Virus record (IMG/VR): IMGVR_UViG_3300045988_111196
Source of the DNA: a virus
Length of the DNA stretch: 38,405 bases
Strand: one strand, 5' to 3'
Below the pieces are notes generated by a model. It did not search any database. It worked only from the letters and a program-made list of their open reading frames with translations, and was not told the DNA's origin. The position numbers were made by a program, and so were the translations under genes. The first letter of the stretch is position 1. Each line of letters starts with the position of its first letter. Of this stretch, positions 17,566 to 24,604 are shown one piece after another.

Positions 17566-17619
17566 GAGACCGTTCCTTATTCAACGTACCCCGGAGACAT
17601 GAGGAGCGGTTTCTTTTTT
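17566..17619 (+). terminator. Strong rho-independent terminator (end of the late operon and/or of a short RNA)
   Basis: GAGACCGTTCC (17566-76) pairs with GGAGCGGTTTC (17603-13) as 11 bp including 2 G-U pairs, followed by T6. Confidence 0.7.
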
Positions 17620-17740
17620 GTATTAAAGATATTGTATCATCTTACAAAATTTAATAAAACATAACAGAACCGTTTACAACACGTTTACAACAAAAATGCC
17701 TGCAAACGGCGTAAATTCATTGCAATTTCTTAATGGAATA

Positions 17741-19096
17741 TTAAATTGTCCACCATCCCATTGCATTTCCTACGGAACTTACAAGGATTGCAATTAAGCA
17801 AATCGGTGCGATCCATTTGATCATAACTACGAATAACTTCTCGCCTTTGAATGTTCCGTCTGAGCTTTTTACTTCGTCGATAACAACTTTTGGCTTGATG
17901 ACAAATCCGACAAAAATACAAGTGAAGAATGCAAGGATTGGCATCAATATGCTGTTGCTGAGGAAATCGAATGCATCCAGGATTGACAAGTTAAGGAATG
18001 TGATGTCGCTCCAGATTCCAAATCCTAAAGAAGATGGGATACCCATTATCAATGCAATTACCGTAACGATAATACAAGTAAATTTACGGCTCCAGTGGAA
18101 TTTATCTCTTAAAATAGAAACAATTGTCTCCATCAGTGAGATGGAAGAGGTCAGTGCAGCAAAAAATATCAGAATAAAGAAAAGAGTTCCGATTGCACCA
18201 CCCATTGGCATGCTGTTAAATACTTTTGGAAGCATTACAAACATAAGTCCAGGTCCTTGTCCCAATTGCTCTGCTGTTCCGCCTGAGAAAGCGAATACTG
18301 CAGGGATGATCATAAGTCCTGCCATAAATGCAATACCGGTATCAAAAACCTCGATTTGGCGAACAGAACTTTCCAAATTATTATCTTTTTTCATATAAGA
18401 ACCATATGTAATCATAATTCCCATCGCAAGAGACATTGAGTAGAATAATTGTCCCATTGCTGCTATGACAGTCATTCCGGAGAAGTTTTCCATACTTGGT
18501 TTTACGTAATAAATCAGACCATCAATTGCTCCGTCCACTGTAAGTCCGTATCCTGCGATAATGACAGTTAAGACAACTAATACAGGCATCATAAATTTAC
18601 TCACTGTCTCGATTCCTTTTTCTACACCGAGAAGAACGATGATCGAAGTGAATGCAATAAAGAGACAGAACCATCCAATTGGTTCCCCTGTAGTGCCGAT
18701 GAAATTATTAAAATAAGCATCATCGGCAGCTGCCTGTACATTACCTGTTACAAATGTAACAAAATACTTGATTACCCATCCGCCGATTACACTATAATAA
18801 GGAAAGATGATAATCGGTATGATTGCGGCGAGTACTCCTAGAAAACCAAAGCGTTTATCTAATTTTTTGAAAGCGCCAATTGCGCTGAGCCCTGTCTTTC
18901 TTCCGATTGCGATTTCAGCAATCATTAATGAAAAACCGAATGTGACTGCAAGAATCAGATATACAAGAAGAAATGTTCCTCCTCCATATTTTGCTGCGAG
19001 ATACGGGAATCTCCAAAGGTTACCAAGCCCTACAGCAGACCCGGCAGCAGCAAGTACAAATCCAATCTTGCTGGAAAAATTACTTCTTTGTGACAT
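17741..19096 (-). CDS. Sodium-dependent transporter, NSS/SNF family (bacterial chromosomal-type gene)
   Basis: 451 aa, multi-TM. The signature is GFVLAAAGSAVGLGNLWRFPYLAAKYGGGTFLLVYL. RBS gaggagga is present. Confidence 0.9.
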   Translation of the reverse strand: MSQRSNFSSKIGFVLAAAGSAVGLGNLWRFPYLAAKYGGGTFLLVYLILAVTFGFSLMIAEIAIGRKTGLSAIGAFKKLDKRFGFLGVLAAIIPIIIFPYYSVIGGWVIKYFVTFVTGNVQAAADDAYFNNFIGTTGEPIGWFCLFIAFTSIIVLLGVEKGIETVSKFMMPVLVVLTVIIAGYGLTVDGAIDGLIYYVKPSMENFSGMTVIAAMGQLFYSMSLAMGIMITYGSYMKKDNNLESSVRQIEVFDTGIAFMAGLMIIPAVFAFSGGTAEQLGQGPGLMFVMLPKVFNSMPMGGAIGTLFFILIFFAALTSSISLMETIVSILRDKFHWSRKFTCIIVTVIALIMGIPSSLGFGIWSDITFLNLSILDAFDFLSNSILMPILAFFTCIFVGFVIKPKVVIDEVKSSDGTFKGEKLFVVMIKWIAPICLIAILVSSVGNAMGWWTI

Positions 19097-19251
19097 AAAA
19101 AATCCTCCTCAAAATTCATTTAGACTAAGTTAAGTAGCCTTATTATTGCATAAAAGTGAAAAGAATGCAAGAAAAAAAGAGCACAATCTGTTTTTTAATG
19201 CGAACAATTTTGAGAATGGTGTAAGAATAATAAGAAAAAATGAAAAAAACG

Positions 19252-19427
19252 TTGACAAAAATGGTGAGCTGTGATATGTTAATACATGCGTAAGGCAAAA
19301 AGAAAGCAGAGTTCCACTCTCACCTTAGCACAAGTGGGTGACTAATGGTTGATATTGAAGCATAAAAATAGAATTTCTATTTTGTGTGCAGAAATGGAGT
19401 GGATAGCTGTGAGCTATTCATTTTTTT
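19252..19427 (+). promoter_or_regulatory. infC promoter plus ribosomal-protein L20 leader with terminator
   Basis: TTGACA (19252-57), a 17-nt spacer, then TGaTATGTT. A structured leader follows, ending in hairpin GGATAGCT/AGCTATTC (19401-19419) plus T7. This is the position of the Firmicutes infC-rpmI-rplT L20 leader. Confidence 0.6.
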
Positions 19428-19493
19428 ACGCATCAATTATATGAAAAAATTAGAGTAAAGTAAAGATTATTTTATTTATGGAGGTGCACTACA

Positions 19494-20000
19494 ATTAGCG
19501 ATTTAATGATCAACGAGCAAATCAGAGACAAGGAAGTACGTTTAATAGGAGAGAATGGTGACCAGTTAGGCGTTATGTCTGCAAGGGAAGCTTTGAAGCT
19601 GGCAGAAGAGGAAGAATTGGATTTGGTTAAAATTGCTCCAACAGCAAAACCACCAGTTTGTAAGATTATTGATTATGGTAAATACAGATATGAACTGGCG
19701 AGAAAAGAAAAAGAAGCGAAGAAAAAACAAAAAACTGTTGAGGTAAAGGAAGTGCGTCTTTCGCCGAACATCGATACGAATGATTTGAACACGAAAGTGA
19801 ACAACGCAAAGAAATTTATCCAAAAAGGAAATAAAGTAAAAGTTACTTTACGTTTTCGAGGAAGAGAGATGGCTCATATGCAGACGAGCAAACATATTCT
19901 GGATGATTTTGCAGAGATGTTAAAAGATGTTGCAGCCATTGAAAAACCTGCAAAACTCGAAGGCAGAAGCATTAGTATGGTTTTAACTGAAAAACGTTAA
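19494..20000 (+). CDS. infC: Translation initiation factor IF-3 (ATT start codon)
   Basis: [24 protein letters not shown]...[16 protein letters not shown]...[13 protein letters not shown] is unmistakably IF-3. GGAGG (19480-84) lies 9 nt before in-frame ATT 19494, whereas ATG 19506 is 21 nt from the SD. Confidence 0.9.
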   Translation: MSDLMINEQIRDKEVRLIGENGDQLGVMSAREALKLAEEEELDLVKIAPTAKPPVCKIIDYGKYRYELARKEKEAKKKQKTVEVKEVRLSPNIDTNDLNTKVNNAKKFIQKGNKVKVTLRFRGREMAHMQTSKHILDDFAEMLKDVAAIEKPAKLEGRSISMVLTEKR

Positions 20001-20034
20001 AAATAAATACCTAAATATTAAGGAGGAACATATC

Positions 20035-20229
20035 ATGCCAAAAATTAAAACAAATAGAGCTGCTGCAAAGCGCTTCAAAAAAACAGCTACAGGTAAATTA
20101 AAAAGAAACAAAGCTTACAAGAGCCATATCTTAACTAAGAAATCTACAAAAAGAAAAAGAAATCTTAGACAGGCAACTATTACAGATGCTACAAATTTTA
20201 GCGGTATTGGAAGCGCAGAAGACGATTGA
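20035..20229 (+). pseudogene. rpmI: Ribosomal protein L35, 3'-truncated and fused to unrelated sequence
   Basis: [54 protein letters not shown] is canonical L35. The last ~10 residues ([10 protein letters not shown]) are not L35-like. No rplT follows. Confidence 0.8.
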
Positions 20230-20632
20230 CAGCCTAAAAGGCAGATGTGAGTTCCTTGGTGGACAAGTTGTGGAACAGCAGAAGCTAATCGAGGAAATGG
20301 AACCGAAAGCAAATTACGTTGACCATATTCTGGAATCGAAATCACTAGTGGCAACAACACAGATTGCGAAAGATTACGGAATGTCCGCAATGCGGTTTAA
20401 TCAGATTCTAAATAGTTTAAAAATCCAGTACAAGGTCAATAAACAGTGGGTGCTTTATTCGAAATATCAGAATTGTGGGTATGTACATAGCAAGACAATC
20501 GATATTACAAGAAGCAACGGAGATCCGGACGTGACAATGCAGACACAGTGGACACAGAAAGGGCGACTCTTCTTGTACGAGGAACTTAAGAAAAATGATA
20601 TTTATCCGGTAATTGAGCAGGAAGTAGCATAG
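20186..20632 (+). pseudogene. Phage antirepressor, KilAC-domain C-terminal fragment (5'-truncated)
   Basis: PKANYVDHILESKSLVATTQIAKDYGMSAMRFNQILNSLKIQYK...WVLYSKYQNCGYV...TQWTQKGRLFLYEEL matches the KilAC domain. The Bro-N/AntA N-terminal domain and an RBS are missing. The ORF overlaps the rpmI remnant. Confidence 0.75.
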
Positions 20633-20678
20633 AGGAGGAAATTATGGAACGAAAAATTGTGGAAGGAGAGTGATAGAA

Positions 20679-20807
20679 ATGAATGATAGAGAAGAGGTTT
20701 TGGCAATGTTGAAAAATTTTCTTGAAAAAGCAACGGGAGACAATTCTACACAAGAAGAAGTAAGAATTATCCCCGATGTTGCTAAGATTCTGTTAGAACA
20801 TTATTGA
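20679..20807 (+). CDS. 42-aa hypothetical (not in track)
   Basis: RBS ggaaggagag lies 8 nt upstream. The peptide is MNDREEVLAMLKNFLEKATGDNSTQEEVRIIPDVAKILLEHY. Confidence 0.4.
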   Translation: MNDREEVLAMLKNFLEKATGDNSTQEEVRIIPDVAKILLEHY

Positions 20808-20808
20808 T

Positions 20809-21000
20809 TTATTCTGCGTCAACATTGTTGGATTGATAGAGTGTTTCCAATTTGTTGTATATTGCTTCGTACATATCAGCAATGTTTGCTCCTGTTTCAG
20901 CATTTGTATAATTAGGAGCTGAGTGTGTTAGCTTGGAAACTACAATATCTTTTGCTAAATTCATGATGAATTGTTTCTCTGACATTCTCATATTTGTCAC
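20809..21000 (-). CDS. Small minus-strand hypothetical protein (likely start ATG at 20991)
   Basis: This is one of only two credible minus-strand genes. It is divergent from HTH gene 21090 across a 90-bp region. Confidence 0.45.
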   Translation of the reverse strand: MTNMRMSEKQFIMNLAKDIVVSKLTHSAPNYTNAETGANIADMYEAIYNKLETLYQSNNVDAE

Positions 21001-21089
21001 CGCCTTTCATAAATACTCGGCATTAGCAGATGCCTGTATCTAAAGTATAGGAGATGACAAAGGAAAATACAAGTTAGGAGGTGATAAGC

Positions 21090-21308
21090 ATGAGCGAAAT
21101 CATACAAGCACCCGCAATCGCAAAGATAGTAGGGTGTCCTGTCCATCAAGTCCGTTACAACATTAAAAATGGATATTGGAAGTTTGCAAGAGTTACAAAG
21201 ACAGGACAAGCTAAACATCGCTACGAATCTACGATAACGGAAGTAGCAAGATATATCGGTATTAGTAGGGAAGAGGCGATAAAACGATTAGAAGGAGGTG
21301 ATACATAG
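21090..21308 (+). CDS. Small HTH DNA-binding protein (Xis/MerR-like HTH_17 type)
   Basis: RBS taggaggtg lies 6 nt before ATG 21090. The HTH candidate is APAIAKIVGCPVHQVRYNIKNG. Confidence 0.5.
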   Translation: MSEIIQAPAIAKIVGCPVHQVRYNIKNGYWKFARVTKTGQAKHRYESTITEVARYIGISREEAIKRLEGGDT

Positions 21309-21481
21309 TGAACTGGAACAGAAGAAAAGCACTCCCCGATTGGGAGAAAAGACGAATCCGAAACAGGCGTGAGCGTTACCGCCGGAAAGAACAAGTATTA
21401 GCGTACATAACGGCTCTTTTAATACTGGTGGTAATAGGTGTCGGGATTGTAGGGCAAATAATTTTAACAGGAGGTTTGTAA
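21308..21481 (+). CDS. 57-aa basic N-terminus + single-TM protein (not in track)
   Basis: RBS ggaggtg lies 7 nt before GTG 21308. The peptide is ...RRIRNRRERYRRKEQVLAYITALLILVVIGVGIVGQIILTGGL. Confidence 0.4.
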   Translation: MNWNRRKALPDWEKRRIRNRRERYRRKEQVLAYITALLILVVIGVGIVGQIILTGGL

Positions 21482-21483
21482 AA

Positions 21484-21678
21484 ATGGAAGAAATCAAGGT
21501 AATGCAGTTCGATCGGTCGGACGTGCTCAGACAACGCAGACTGAAAAAGCAGCTGCTTAAGAAAGAACTTTACGACGAGTTAATATTCCGCAGGGTGATG
21601 ATTTGCATAGGAATGTTAATTTCCGGAAGCATCGGCTTTGTAGCCGGAGAAATTGTAGCAGCGTCAATATTGTTATAA
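21484..21678 (+). CDS. 64-aa C-terminally TM-anchored protein
   Basis: The ORF has a hydrophobic tail VMICIGMLISGSIGFVAGEIVAASILL. It is followed by hairpin GAGTGCTT...AAGCACTC. Confidence 0.45.
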   Translation: MEEIKVMQFDRSDVLRQRRLKKQLLKKELYDELIFRRVMICIGMLISGSIGFVAGEIVAASILL

Positions 21679-21764
21679 AAAAGAGTGCTTAAAAAGACCG
21701 GCAAGTCTCAAGCACTCGGCAAACTAATCAATTAAATTGTAGAGGATTTTGGAGGGAAAGTCAA

Positions 21765-22475
21765 ATGAAAAAATTTGAGTTAACAAGTGAGTTTATCACT
21801 AATATTTTCGGGACAAAATTATTTCGTATTAAAGCATTAATCGAGTTTGGAAACGTTAAAGCGGGTGAGCTTGGCGGTTTCGTGGAAAAAGAAGAAAATC
21901 TAAGTCAGGATGGTAATGCTTGGGTGTACGATAATGCTCGTGTGTACGGTGATGCTTGTGTGTGCGGTGATGCTTGTGTGTGCGGTAATGCTCGTGTGTG
22001 CGGTGATGCTCGTGTGTGCGGTAATGCTCGTGTGTACGATAATGCTCGTGTGTACGATAATGCTCGTGTGCACGGTAATGCTTGGGTGTACGGTAATGCT
22101 TGTGTGTGCGGTGATGCTTGTGTGTGCGGTGATGCTCGTGTGTACGACAATGCTTGGGTGTACGGTAATGCTTGGGTGTACGATAATGCTCGTGTGTACG
22201 GTGATGCTTGTGTGTACGGTGATGCTCGTGTGTGCGGTGATGCTTGTGTGTACGGTGATGCTGGCTACGCCACGGTGCATGGTTTTGGCTCCGAATATCG
22301 TACAACTACATTTTTTAAAACAAAAGCAGGAGTTGGTGTGAAATGCGGATGTTTTTATGGAAATTTATCAGAATTCCGAAAAAAGGTAGTAGAGACACAT
22401 GGGGAAACGAAAAAGGCAAAGGAATACTTGATGCTTGCTGATCTGATGGAATTTAGATTTTCGGATAACTCATAA
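21765..22475 (+). CDS. Cys-rich hexapeptide-repeat (beta-helix-like) protein of unknown function
   Basis: RBS ggaggg is present. N-terminal domain FELTSEFITNIFGTKLFRIKALIEFGNVKAGELGGFVEKEENLS, then 19 repeats of (G/D)(N/D)A(W/R/C)V(Y/C/H), then a 70-aa C-terminal domain. Confidence 0.8.
   Translation: MKKFELTSEFITNIFGTKLFRIKALIEFGNVKAGELGGFVEKEENLSQDGNAWVYDNARVYGDACVCGDACVCGNARVCGDARVCGNARVYDNARVYDNARVHGNAWVYGNACVCGDACVCGDARVYDNAWVYGNAWVYDNARVYGDACVYGDARVCGDACVYGDAGYATVHGFGSEYRTTTFFKTKAGVGVKCGCFYGNLSEFRKKVVETHGETKKAKEYLMLADLMEFRFSDNS
21912..22253 (+). repeat. 19 tandem copies of an 18-bp unit (consensus GGTGATGCTYGTGTGTRC)
   Basis: The units were parsed one by one. Variation is confined to codons 1, 2, 4 and 6. 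A 20th degenerate unit follows. Confidence 0.95.
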
Positions 22476-22495
22476 ATAGAAGAGAGGAAAAGTCA

Positions 22496-22780
22496 ATGGA
22501 ACAATTAGAAGGAACGGTAACAATGCCGTTGATTACATATCAAAAAATGAGAAATGATACGAGTCAGATTTTTGATTCACATGGTACTAATCACAACTCG
22601 AAGGACGAGAAAAGCGGTATTTGGCTCTATTTGAATCAAGAAAAACTCTTTGACCTTGCGTGGGAAGAGATGATCAGACGTGGCATAGATGTATCAAAGT
22701 ACGACAAGGAGAAAGCAACGTACGAGCATGGATTTGTCAAGTTCGGGTTTAAAGAGAGTCAGGTAGATATAAACGCATAA
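22496..22780 (+). CDS. Hypothetical protein
   Basis: 94-aa ORF with RBS agaggaaaag. Confidence 0.45.
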   Translation: MEQLEGTVTMPLITYQKMRNDTSQIFDSHGTNHNSKDEKSGIWLYLNQEKLFDLAWEEMIRRGIDVSKYDKEKATYEHGFVKFGFKESQVDINA

Positions 22781-22924
22781 GTATGTATGCCAAAGTTGTG
22801 GAGCAAATTTAGACCCGGGCGAAAAGTGTGACTGCATAGCAAAACGTAAAGAAACAGAGGAACAATACGAACAATTGCTTAAGCAGGAAAAAGACGGGCA
22901 ATTTGCATTAAAGGAGTTGATTGC

Positions 22925-23089
22925 ATGTACATAGGAATTGCAGGACAAGAGAAAGAGACATGCGTAAATGATTGCGACGCTTATCAATACGCATTAGAGC
23001 AGATGCAATGGGATGAGGAATTACAAAAAGAGTTTGTTGAGTGGTTTTACTCAGGAAACTATGTACACGAGGAGGAAGAAAATGCTTAA
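22925..23089 (+). CDS. 54-aa hypothetical (not in track)
   Basis: RBS aaggag lies 8 nt upstream. The peptide is MYIGIAGQEKETCVNDCDAYQYALEQMQWDEELQKEFVEWFYSGNYVHEEEENA. It overlaps the next start by 8 nt. Confidence 0.45.
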   Translation: MYIGIAGQEKETCVNDCDAYQYALEQMQWDEELQKEFVEWFYSGNYVHEEEENA

Positions 23090-23702
23090 AAGTTATGATG
23101 AACTTAGAAAAATAGATGTAAAGCCATATTGCGAGAAACGAGACGGGCTACTGTATCTGAATTGGGCTATGTGTATTGACTTGCTTCGAAAAAATGGAGC
23201 CACGAAAGTTTACTGGGAGCCAATTCCAAGCGAAAAGTCAGGCGGAAGCCTTAGAATGTCTGATGCTGTTTTTACAGATTCCAAAGGGAATACAAACCGC
23301 TGTTATGAGACACGCATTCGAGTGATCATCGATGATAATGAGTACGAGATGCAGACACCGGTAATGAACGGAGCGAATCCTGTGAAAGATAATTCGATGT
23401 CGCAACAGAGAGTATGGAATAGTATGTGTAGGGCATTTGTGAAGTGTGTTGCGATACATACAGGTTTAGGATTTGATTTGTGGCTTAAGGAAGAATATGA
23501 CAAGATGGATGCTCAAATCCCTGAAACAGCTGATAACCTAGCTTCTTCAGCAAAAATAAAGACGTTAGAGAAGTTGTGCATTTCTCACGGCATCGATTTA
23601 GACGCATGGATTTGTGGTAATGGAAGGACAAGGGAGACATTAACAGAAGGTGAAGCAGCTAAAATGCTGAATGCAATTAAAAAGAAATACGGTGATGAGT
23701 AG
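23082..23702 (+). CDS. Single-strand annealing protein, DUF1071/Sak3-like
   Basis: RBS gaggagg lies 7 nt before ATG 23082 (the track start 23013 has no RBS). The motifs LYLNWAMCIDLL...TPVMNGANPV...NSMCRAFVKCVAIHTGLGFDLW match the DUF1071 pattern. Confidence 0.65.
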   Translation: MLKSYDELRKIDVKPYCEKRDGLLYLNWAMCIDLLRKNGATKVYWEPIPSEKSGGSLRMSDAVFTDSKGNTNRCYETRIRVIIDDNEYEMQTPVMNGANPVKDNSMSQQRVWNSMCRAFVKCVAIHTGLGFDLWLKEEYDKMDAQIPETADNLASSAKIKTLEKLCISHGIDLDAWICGNGRTRETLTEGEAAKMLNAIKKKYGDE

Positions 23703-24277
23703 TGAAATTTACAGGACAGTTAAAACAACCGGTAATTGATTTTGTAACCGGTAAGCTGACATTGTTGTTTGAGCCTGTCGAGGATTTTCGGCAGGCATAC
23801 GAAGAACTTAAGGACTGTGAGAAGCTAAGTCTTGAAATAAAGCCGTACAGGCGCAAACGTAGCCTAGATGCAAATGCATACTACTGGGTACTGCTTACCA
23901 AATTAGCAAAAAAGATAGGCTTATCAAATCCGGAAGCGCATAATATGTTACTTTGCGGATATGGACAAGTTGAGCTGTTCGGAAATAAAGCAGTATACAT
24001 CACGATTCCGGATACGGAAGAGGCAGAGAAAAAGGTCAAGAACGCAACAGACTACCACCTACAAGCGACTTCGCAAGTCCGAGAGGGAAATGACGGTATT
24101 ATGTACCGGACATACAAATTGCTAAGAGGGTCGCACACGTACAACACAGAAGAAATGGCTAGATTGATTGATGGATTAGTGCAGTGTTGCAAAGATGCAG
24201 GTATGCCGGATGCCGATATTGCATCACCGGACGAAAAGAGAATTTTGAAAGAAAGGTACGGTGTGGATTTTGGCTAA
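23702..24277 (+). CDS. Hypothetical recombination-module protein (NinB/Orf-like motif RKRSLDANAYYW)
   Basis: The GTG overlaps the upstream stop. The call rests only on motif resemblance to NinB RSLDQNRKLW and on the adjacent annealase. Confidence 0.35.
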   Translation: MKFTGQLKQPVIDFVTGKLTLLFEPVEDFRQAYEELKDCEKLSLEIKPYRRKRSLDANAYYWVLLTKLAKKIGLSNPEAHNMLLCGYGQVELFGNKAVYITIPDTEEAEKKVKNATDYHLQATSQVREGNDGIMYRTYKLLRGSHTYNTEEMARLIDGLVQCCKDAGMPDADIASPDEKRILKERYGVDFG

Positions 24278-24283
24278 AAGGCT

Positions 24284-24562
24284 ATGGAGCATTTTACAGA
24301 CGATATGGATCACTGTATGTATACCGGTCAGTACGGGGTGGAAAGACATCATATTTTCTCGCACACGTCAAACGAGAGAGATTTGTGCGAAGATTATGGT
24401 TTTATTGCTCCGTTAAGACCGGATTTGCATCCAAATGGAGTACATAGAGGGAAAGATGCAGGAAAGATAGATAAGGACTTAAGGAAACGCTGCAAAGCGT
24501 ATTATTTGGAACACTACGGAACAGAAGAACAGTTCCGGCAAGAATTTTTTTACAGAAGTTAG
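24284..24562 (+). CDS. Small HNH-motif protein (possible nuclease)
   Basis: The pattern C..TG....ERHHIF...N....E.YG......LH..GVH is consistent with a beta-beta-alpha-Me fold. Confidence 0.35.
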   Translation: MEHFTDDMDHCMYTGQYGVERHHIFSHTSNERDLCEDYGFIAPLRPDLHPNGVHRGKDAGKIDKDLRKRCKAYYLEHYGTEEQFRQEFFYRS

Positions 24563-24604
24563 TAAGGGAAAATCCTTTGCTATAGAGTAACCCGTAAACC
24601 GTTC

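Noticed and set aside
17817-19133. Plus-strand ORFs 17817-18398 and 18807-19133
   Set aside because: They are antisense shadows of the NSS transporter gene. They have no RBS, and their composition mirrors the transporter codons.
19506-20000. ATG 19506 as the infC start (ORF track)
   Set aside because: This ATG is 21 nt from the only Shine-Dalgarno sequence. In-frame ATT 19494 is correctly spaced and matches the known non-canonical IF-3 start.
21912-22253. Could the 18-bp tandem array be a CRISPR array or a DGR variable region?
   Set aside because: The units are contiguous with no spacers and lie in frame inside a CDS, so it is not a CRISPR array. I found no reverse transcriptase or template repeat anywhere in the window, and the variation is not adenine-specific, so a DGR is not supported.
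21856-22341. Four extra long ORFs over the repeat region (21856-22305 -, 21900-22280 -, 21905-22150 -, 21910-22341 +)
   Set aside because: They exist only because the 18-bp repeat unit lacks stop codons in those frames. They have no RBS and give monotonous His/Thr or Met/Leu/Val/Cys translations. The frame with flanking non-repetitive domains and an RBS (21765-22475) is the real gene.
24184-24447. ORF 24184-24447, and similar internal ORFs 27020-27211, 27427-27621, 8050-8247, 9388-9576 and 17170-17400
   Set aside because: They are out-of-frame ORFs nested in longer, motif-supported genes, and they lack translation signals.
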